This document shows, in pieces, positions 56,132-64,000 of a DNA stretch of 64,000 nt. The notes under the pieces are model-generated. The model did no database searches and was not told the origin of the DNA. It saw nothing but the letters and a program-made list of their open reading frames with translations. Location of the stretch: contig NC_059441.1 of the NCBI RefSeq assembly GCF_021028975.2, positions 5,704,001 to 5,768,000 of the forward strand. Direction: 5' to 3'. Made by a program: the position numbers and the translations under genes. The first letter of the stretch is position 1. The number at the start of each line of letters is the position of its first letter. The stretch is from Sphaerodactylus townsendi (taxonomy: Eukaryota).

Positions 56132-56523
56132 GCAGAGATTTTGGCCCCTATGAAAGAAGAAAAGTTTGGATTTTTATCCCGCCTAATTGGTTAATTAAAT
56201 TTATATCCCACCCTTCCTGACCAAAGTTGGGCTCAGGGTGGCGTACATACATGTTTAAAAACATCAAACATCAAATATGCAATAGATATATAAAGCTACC
56301 ATTAATATCTAGTTTAAAACCTGCAGATGGCGAATGAACGGCACATAATCCTTCCCACCTCATCACAGTCTAAGAATTATCCAAGCATGGGGAGCATTAG
56401 AAAGAGGGGGACAGGGCAGGATTTAATATGCGCCCTACTGGTTAGAGGCTGGGAGGCCGGCAGGCGAAACCGGACAGGTGTGTGGCCTCAGCTGAAAGAC
56501 CGGCAGAACAGAACTCTTTAAAG

Positions 56524-56661
56524 CAGGGATCTTCAAACTATGGCTCTCCAGATGTTCATAGACTACAATTCCCATGAGCCCTACCACTTGGCCATGCTGG
56601 CAGGGGCTGATGGGAATCGTAGTCCATGAACATCTGGAGGGCCATAGTTTGAAGACCCCTG
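56524..56661. mobile_element. Palindromic hAT MITE, cap D (CAGGGrTCTTCAAACTATGG)
   Basis: Perfect TSD CTTTAAAG. Confidence 0.9.
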
Positions 56662-58704
56662 CTTTAAAGCGTCTCAGAGAAGCTTACAAACCCCTTTTCC
56701 TTCCCCCCCCCACAACAAACACCTGGTGAGGCAGGTGGGGCTCAGAGAGTTTGGAGAGGATGTGATTAGCCCAGGGTCACCCAGCAGGCTTCGTGTATAG
56801 GAGCAGGGAAACAAGCCCAGTTCACCAGGTAAGCGTCCATCACTTGTGTGGAGGAATGGGGACTCAAACCTGCTTCTCCAGATTGGAGTCCATAGCACCT
56901 GGGTGACAGCCCTGAGAAAAGCCCCACGTTCCTGAGGTTGGGGTGGGGGGGCTTGCATGAGGCTGCCCAGCTGAGGAAGGTTTGAATGGGCAATCCTGGC
57001 TTGAAGGTGCTTGCTTTCACCTCCTGCCTGTGAGCTCCCAAAGGCACCTGGTGGGCCACTGCGAGTAGCAGAGAGCTGGACTAGATGGACTCTGGTCTGA
57101 TCCAGCTGGCTTGTTCTTATGTTCGTATGTTCTTAAGTGTACCAGTTTTCTGCAGCAATCAAAGCCCCCTCCCCCCCCCCCCGCCACCTGGAGACAGTGT
57201 CCGGCTGAGGCTTTTGATTCTTTGAAGCTTGCAGCTGCCCCTCTCCCAGCCCACCAGCTCAATAAGGCGAACATTTCCTTTCTTTCCTAACCGCCCGCTT
57301 TCTCGGTAATCTGTGAAAGCCCGGAGTCTGTCTCCCCTGCCGGGAGCATTTCTTTTTCCCAGCTTCACCCAGATGCGGCAGGCAGGTTGGAAACGTTTTG
57401 CTTGTTGCCATGGCAAAAAGTGAATGATGAGCAGGTGACGCGTGATCAGCAAAGGTCAAGAGCCGGGCTTGCTCCCCTTGTTCTCTCCGTGAGATTTTCG
57501 GTGTCCCCCCCCCCCCCCCTTATAAACCAAGGGCACTGATTTTGTGCGTGTTTTGGCTGCTTTTCTCAGACCTCTGTAGAAATTGGCTCCCGAAGCCCCT
57601 CTTCCAGGTTAAACGCATTTGAGCCAGGAGACCAGAATGGGGATTTTACCCCCTTCCGCCTTTCAGGAGGCACCTGAAGTGTGCTGGGGGATGTCAGAGC
57701 CAGCGAGCCGCTTCTGCCGGGAGCAGGAGCCGGTTTTGATGGATCACGCTTTTGGGTGTGGTGGGGGGCACCTCAGAGGCCAGCTTTTCCCCTGGTGGGG
57801 TTGGATTGAGCATGCAAGAGTAAGAGGTGATTGCTGGGGGCAGGCGGGGGCAAACTTATTTTTGCAGCGCTGGCCAGTGATGTAAGTATAGATTTTTTTT
57901 TTTTTTTATTTTTATTTTTTTTTTTTTTTTAAGGGGGGGGGTTTCGGTGACTGAGGGCTTTCCGGCTGTTCCATTCCAGGCATTGTTTCAAGCTAGCCGG
58001 AATGGTAATGGGAGGGGTTTGAACCCGAGAACCCCCCCTCCCTTTACCTACGTCCCTGGCTCGGATCAGACAACCTTGACTGGAGCTCGAGGACCACCAG
58101 GTAGTACGCTGGCCATGAGTCACAGTGGCAGTTTGAACCCACAAACTTTGAGACGTGGGAGAAAGGGGCCGTAGGCTTGCTTGGTCTTGTTGGCCTTTGA
58201 GGCAGATGTGGCCAGCGTGCCCCCAGGCATGTCCAGATTGCTTTCTGCTCGCCATGGCTTGATACCTTTTACTGTGAGACCTAAGTTCCCAGTTGAACAT
58301 GGGAACTTGGGTCTCACAGATCAGCAACTGAGCTGTACAGCTTTTCTGGAGGAAGGAGGTCCTCTTTTTCCCTTCCCTCCCCCCAGGTGAGGCTGTGGGA
58401 CTTCTTTTAGAAGAGTGTCAAAACTTCATTTGTCTGAACAAAGACTTCTTTCCCCATTAGAATTCGTCTCCATCTGAGGCTACAAAGCAGGAGTATAAAA
58501 TATTCCAATCCAGCATCTGTTGTTGAATGGGAAAACAAGCATTTCACTTAGTCCTTTGAGTGTTGATTTGTCGTTTCGACAGTTCTGTACAAAGGGAACC
58601 AGTTTAAAATCCACATCTGGTGCTGTTGTGTGATAAACAAGGAGACGCTGCCTCCCCATCCTTTCTGGATGACTGGTTGGATTGTTCCTGTGGAGAAACT
58701 CCCC

Positions 58705-58875
58705 ACTCTAGAACCATAGAGTTGGGAGAGACCACATTGATCCAACCACCGGCCATGCAGGAAGACACAATCAAAGCACTCTTGACAGATGGTGATCCAA
58801 CCTCTGTTTAAAAACCTCCAAAAAAGGAGACTCCACCACACTCTGAGGCAGCATCTTCCACTGTTGAACGCTGTT
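58705..58875 (-). mobile_element. CR1 3' UTR fragment
   Basis: Similar to 42524-42680; another CR1 fragment about 60385-60810. Confidence 0.75.
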
Positions 58876-58880
58876 GAACA

Positions 58881-59229
58881 GGAGCAGCAGTGGCATAGGA
58901 GGTTAAGAGCTCGTGTATCTAATCTGGAGGAACCGGGTTTGATTCCCAGCTCTGCCGCCTGAGCTGTGGAGGCCTGTGCACTCCAACGCATGCCAGCTGG
59001 GTGACCTTGGGCTAGTCACAGTTCTTCTGAGCTCTCTCAGCCCCACCCACCTCACAGGGTGTTTGTTGTGGGGGGAGAGGGAAGGGAAAGGAGATTGTCA
59101 GCCCCTTTGAGTCTCCTTACAGGACAGAAAGGGGGGGATATAAATCCAATTTCTTCTTCTTCTTCTTCTTCTTCTTCTTCTTCTTCTTCTTCTTCTTCTT
59201 CTTCTTCTTCTTCTTCTTCTTCTTCTTCT
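58881..59229 (+). mobile_element. tRNA-derived SINE with expanded (TTC)n microsatellite tail (about 59151-59229)
   Basis: Family identity; about 26 TTC units. Confidence 0.88.
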
Positions 59230-60427
59230 GCTCTACCTCTGTTCAGGGAAATGTGCTTGAGGTGTGAGGCGCTGCTGGCAAGGGAAAGCGGCTTTTGCGC
59301 TGAGTGCTTGAACCCACCCACCCCCATCCAAGCCACCTCTATAAATGGCCTTGTTGATCGATGGCTGACCTTCCATTGAGGCGCATCCTCCCTTGGAGTG
59401 AGCGCACCTGGTTTGAAATGCTCACCTGAGTTCCTCCCTGGCAAAGCCTGCGTTTCGTTGAGTCTCTGCTTCTATTTTAAGGCCCGGGCGACTGTCATCT
59501 TTATTGAACAAGACTCTGTGTAAACTCCAGCTGCTGCGTACAGTAGCAGCAGACGGGAATATTTCCCTGTGGCCATATTTGATTTCCACAGATAAGAGTT
59601 TCTGTGTCTCCGCCTTGCCAAAGCGATTGCTCAGCCTGCTGTTATGACAGAAAAATGGCATTCCTGTGAAGTTAAGGTGCGCCAAACGTCACAGGAAAGA
59701 GGAGCGTTCGGTTGGAGCAAAGGGCAGGGTGGTCTTCTACTGGACGAGTTGAAGGCGGGGGTGGGGGGGAAGGTGTCTGAGAGCAAACTTGATGAAAGGA
59801 TGGAAAAGTATGCCATGATATGCGGAACTCCACCACTGATCAGTCCGTCAGTCATAACAGAGGTGCATTCCTACATCAGGCTGACTTGCACAGGCAAACC
59901 CCAGTTCACGCTGAGCTTGGACCGCTAAGGCCGGAGTTGTATGACTAGCTCTTGGAGACGGCCCCCAGAAAGACTGAGGCTGCTGTGCAGAGGCCGGCAA
60001 TGGCCACCACCTCTGCTTATCTCCTGCCTCGAAGGCCCCAGGAGGGGTCGCCATAAGTCAGTTGCAACTTGCAGTTTGACAGCACTTCATTATTAACAAG
60101 GCAGCCACCTAGCTTCTGGGGCAAAACCACCAGTGTGAGTAGAGGTCGTGGCTAGGCAATGAGGCCCGCAGCGCAGCCCCGGTGGATGAGCTAAGGCCGG
60201 GGAGACCGTGGAATTCCCTTGACCTTCAGAGAACAGTTGTCTGAGGAACACACCCTTAGATCTTTTGCTGGGCCCGGGAAGTCAGCGGTGTGGCACTTCA
60301 CAGCCTGACCTGAACGCCTGTGTGGCCAGTTACCGAGTAACACCTTACTGAGGTCTCAGTTTTTGAAGGCCTGTTTAATCAGATCATAGAATGAAAATTT
60401 TGGAAGGAGCCTAGAGACCATCTAGTC

Positions 60428-60560
60428 CCGTGGTGGCGAACCTTTGGCACTCCAGATGTTATGGACTACAATTCCCATCAGCCCCTTCCAGCATGGCCAA
60501 TTGGGGCTGATGGAAATTGTAGTCCATAACATCTGGAGTGCCAAAGGTTCGCCACCACGG
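60428..60560. mobile_element. Palindromic hAT MITE, cap C, inserted in a CR1 fragment
   Basis: CCGTGGTGGCGAACC ... GGTTCGCCACCACGG; perfect TSD ATCTAGTC. Confidence 0.9.
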
Positions 60561-62505
60561 ATCTAGTCCAACCTTTTGCACCATGCGGAATGACTGAAAG
60601 CATCCCTGACAAATAGTCGTCCAGTCTTGGCATAAACTCCTCCCAGGAGGTAGACCCAGACTTTCCTTGGGGAATCAGTTCCATCTGACCCAGCTGCCCT
60701 TGTGGTTAAAACTTTTGTCCTGATATCCCTGCCTGTAAGTTAAACCTGTTTTTACTAGTCCTGTCCTCCATGACCAACTGAAATGGCATCCGAGCCTTTT
60801 CTCAATGACGGCCTTTCAAATCCATGCAGTTTGGCTCAGGGATTGGGATGGACGAAGGGGAAGAAAATGGTAAAGAAGTGAAAGGGTTCCCCCACCACTG
60901 CACTGGCAGGAAGCTCAGCTGGGTGTGTGGCCGTCTCTCCCCCCCTCCCCCAAGTCATGGGGAAGGAAAGAGTAATAATGCCACCAAATTCAGCATCTTC
61001 CCCCCCCAAAAAAAATCCGGGGACTGGATGAAGAATTTCATGCGGACCTTGATACTCCAGCTATCGACAGTGGAAAAACCACCCACAGGCTTAGGTTATT
61101 ATAATATTATTATTTATTAAGTTTATACCGCCCTCCCCTGGAGGGCTTGGGGGGAGATATATATATATGCTCCATTAACCCAAATTACTAAAAAAACCAT
61201 TAAAATACAGCATTTCAATATCCCCCGGGGGGGGGGGGCAGTGGGTCCCATTGATGTTAAAGGGACCTGAGATTGAAAGAGGAGAACGAAAGGAGGGGGT
61301 GCGCCGATCAGCGGCCGGCCTCCCCAAAGGCCCGGTGGAACAACTCAGTCTTACAGGCCCTGTGGAACTCACCAAGGGACAGTTGGTTGACCCTTGCTTT
61401 GCTTCGCAGCCTTAGAGCATGTCCAGAGTGCAGAAAAAACCCTGATTAATCAAAATGGAGAAAGAAGGCTTCTTCAAGAGTCAGAAAGGGACGCAGAGAG
61501 GAAAACGTCTCTAGCTCACGCTTGCCGAAGTTGCCAAGAGCCTGTTTTTTGCTGCCAGTTTCCCGATTAAACCACTGGAGGCAGTTCTGCCGGCTGTCAG
61601 AAAAAGAAAGAAAAAAGACGCCCCAGTCGCTGCTGCTGCGTTGTGGAGCAATAACATTATAATAAACTGTTGCTGTGATCTACTCATTCCTCTGAATGTC
61701 TAGATTTTTAAAAAAAGAAGAAGCACTGTAGCATTTATTATTTGTTTGGTTTTTAAAACAAACTGTCCTCTGATCGCATTGTGGGGAGCGGAGTGGGGGG
61801 AGGCAGGGAAAATGGCCTTTTGAGTCCCAGCTGTGGGGAGAAAAACAGGATCTAAATCGCGAAGTTCATTGTAAATGCAAAATGCAAGTGCCGTCCAGCA
61901 GGGGCAAGAGGCAGGGCGCCCAGCGGCTTTTTCTGCCTGCCAGTTGAATCCGGTGAACAGTCTTTCTGCTTTTCCATGTGCACCGGAGGAGGCTAAACAC
62001 GGTTGTGATTCATCGTCTTTCTTTTCTGAGCGTTGCTGCCTTCGTGCGCCCGTTTCCCAATCAGAGTGATTGATTTTTATGGTTTTGGTGGTGCATCTTT
62101 CCCTGTGGTTCCCTCCGTGAGGCTCCAGCTGTGGCAGGGCTGGGAATGCTTGGCGCAGCAAACTCGGCTTTGTTGCGGAGAGAAGCACTTTTTTATTGTT
62201 GTTTATTGAGTGGTTCGAGTTGGGAATTCGCAATGAGGAGGAAACCCACGGCCAGGCATTCAGAACAAATCAATGGGCAAATAGATCAGCATAATTGGAG
62301 CCGTGAGAAGGGAGCCATGAAGCGTCGGGGGCAGGAGGCGCAGCTGCGTTGGCTGAGCACGGGGAGCGGCTGCTGCCGCCACTGCCGCTTGTCCTGCTGG
62401 AGGCAACTGAGCCGACTCAGGCAGGCAGGCATCCCCATCTGAGCTCCTGCTGGAGCCGTTCCTGTTGCGAGGGAGGATGCTGATGGGGAGGGTGCGAGTG
62501 GGGGC

Positions 62506-62762
62506 CGGCGCGGTGTAGTGGTTGAGAGCAAGTGCACTCTAATCTGGGTTTGATTCCCCACTCTGCCACTTGAGCTGTGGAGGCTTATCTGGTGAACCAG
62601 ATTAGTTTGTGCACTCAAACACATGCCAACTGGGACAGTTCTTCCGAGTTCTCTTAGCCCCAATTCCTTACAGGGTGTTTGTTGTGAGGGGGGATGGGAA
62701 AGGAGATTGTAAGCCCCTTTGAGTCTCCTGCAGGAGAGAAAGGGGGGATATAAATCCAAACT
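62506..62762 (+). mobile_element. tRNA-derived SINE, tail runs into an assembly gap
   Basis: Family identity. Confidence 0.82.
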
Positions 62763-64000
62763 TGNNNNNNNNNNNNNNNNNNNNNNNNNNNNNNNNNNNN
62801 NNNNNNNNNNNNNNNNNNNNNNNNNNNNNNNNNNNNNNNNNNNNNNNNNNNNNNNNNNNNNNNNNNNNNNNNNNNNNNNNNNNNNNNNNNNNNNNNNNNN
62901 NNNNNNNNNNNNNNNNNNNNNNNNNNNNNNNNNNNNNTCAAGAAAGGACCCCTTCAGCAGCTCTTTGGTGGCCTGGATGTTGCTGAGGTTTTTCATGAGC
63001 CACACTTGGCAGGGGGCTTTGCGGAGGCCCCAGAGGAATTTGCTGAAGGCCTCCCATTTGGCCGCAGGGATCCCTCCTGAGTCACTTGGAACCGCTTCCC
63101 ACGTGCCGGTGGTGACATAGTTTTGACAGTGTCACACGACTGCCGGGCTTTCGTTGCGATCCGCTCCAGATCCTTCTGTCAAATTGTTTTCTATTTTTCT
63201 GCCCTTTTAAAAATCTGTGATGCTGNNNNNNNNNNNNNNNNNNNNNNNNNNNNNNNNNNNNNNNNNNNNNNNNNNNNNNNNNNNNNNNNNNNNNNNNNNN
63301 NNNNNNNNNNNNNNNNNNNNNNNNNNNNNNNNNNNNNNNNNNNNNNNNNNNNNNNNNNNNGGGTTTTTTTTCTTTTTGTCGTTAAGTCACGGTTGACTTA
63401 TGGCAACCACATTGGGTTTTCAAGGCAGGAGACATTGGGAGGTGGTTTGCTGCGGCCGGCCTCTACATAGCAACTGTGGAACCCTGGACTTCCCCGAAGG
63501 TCTGCTTAGCTTCTGACATCTAACAAGATCAAGCTAGCTAGCGGGTCTGCAACCTGTGGCTCTCCAGATGTTCATGGACTACAATTCCCAATTGGCCATG
63601 CTGGCAGGGGCTGATGGGAATTGTAGTCCATGAACATCTGGAGAGCCACAGGTTGCAGACCCCCGTTTGGTTTATCTTTTTTTTGCTGTCAAGTCACAGT
63701 CTTTAAGGCAGGAGACATTGGGAGGCGGTTTGCCGTTGCCTGCCTCCCCCCGGGTCACACTCCTGGCATTCCTTGGATGCCTCCCATTGAAATATCAGGC
63801 CTGGTCAGGGCCGAGAGGGCGTGGCTTGGCCCAAGGTCCCCCAGCAGGCTTCCGTGGTGTGAGCGGGGATTTGAACTTGCCTTTCCCAGGTCCTTGTTTG
63901 ACTCTCAAAATCTGAAATTGTGTTTTGGGGGATGCTGGGACCAGGCAGAAGGTGGGAGCATGAGTGACATGACGGTATCCCAGCATGCAGAGGCTTTTGG

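Noticed and set aside
59052-59444. Poly-Glu / poly-Ser ORFs
   Set aside because: Translation of the (TTC)n SINE tail.

Overview
Vertebrate nuclear DNA from a squamate reptile, most likely a gecko (judged from the SINE, CR1, L2 and Penelope families). There are three N-gaps (48410-48585, 62765-62937, 63226-63360). Two genes lie head-to-head. GOLM2/CASC4 is on the minus strand with coding exons 1-8 (19047 down to 6991; GT-AG junctions, frame consistent); its last exons lie beyond position 1. FRMD5 is on the plus strand with only coding exon 1 (33284-33385), and the rest of the window is its intron 1. Each gene has its own CpG-island promoter. The remainder is mostly mobile DNA: tRNA- and 5S-derived SINEs, CR1/L2/L1 fragments, Penelope remnants, a decayed PIF/Harbinger transposase with Harbinger MITEs, and many hAT elements. 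Almost all long ORFs in the ORF track are GC-rich or repeat artefacts. The most notable observations are: (1) minimal hammerhead-ribozyme cores in Penelope terminal repeats, intact only antisense to the host intron; (2) a modular set of palindromic hAT MITEs sharing one core (with an ACTACA-nn-TCCCA motif) but with interchangeable terminal caps, including chimeric and composite copies and arm-symmetric variants; (3) a MITE-bounded tandem duplication next to the GOLM2 promoter; (4) an ATG-TGA start-stop element in the FRMD5 leader. No prokaryote-type system is present. Novelty cannot be established without database searches.
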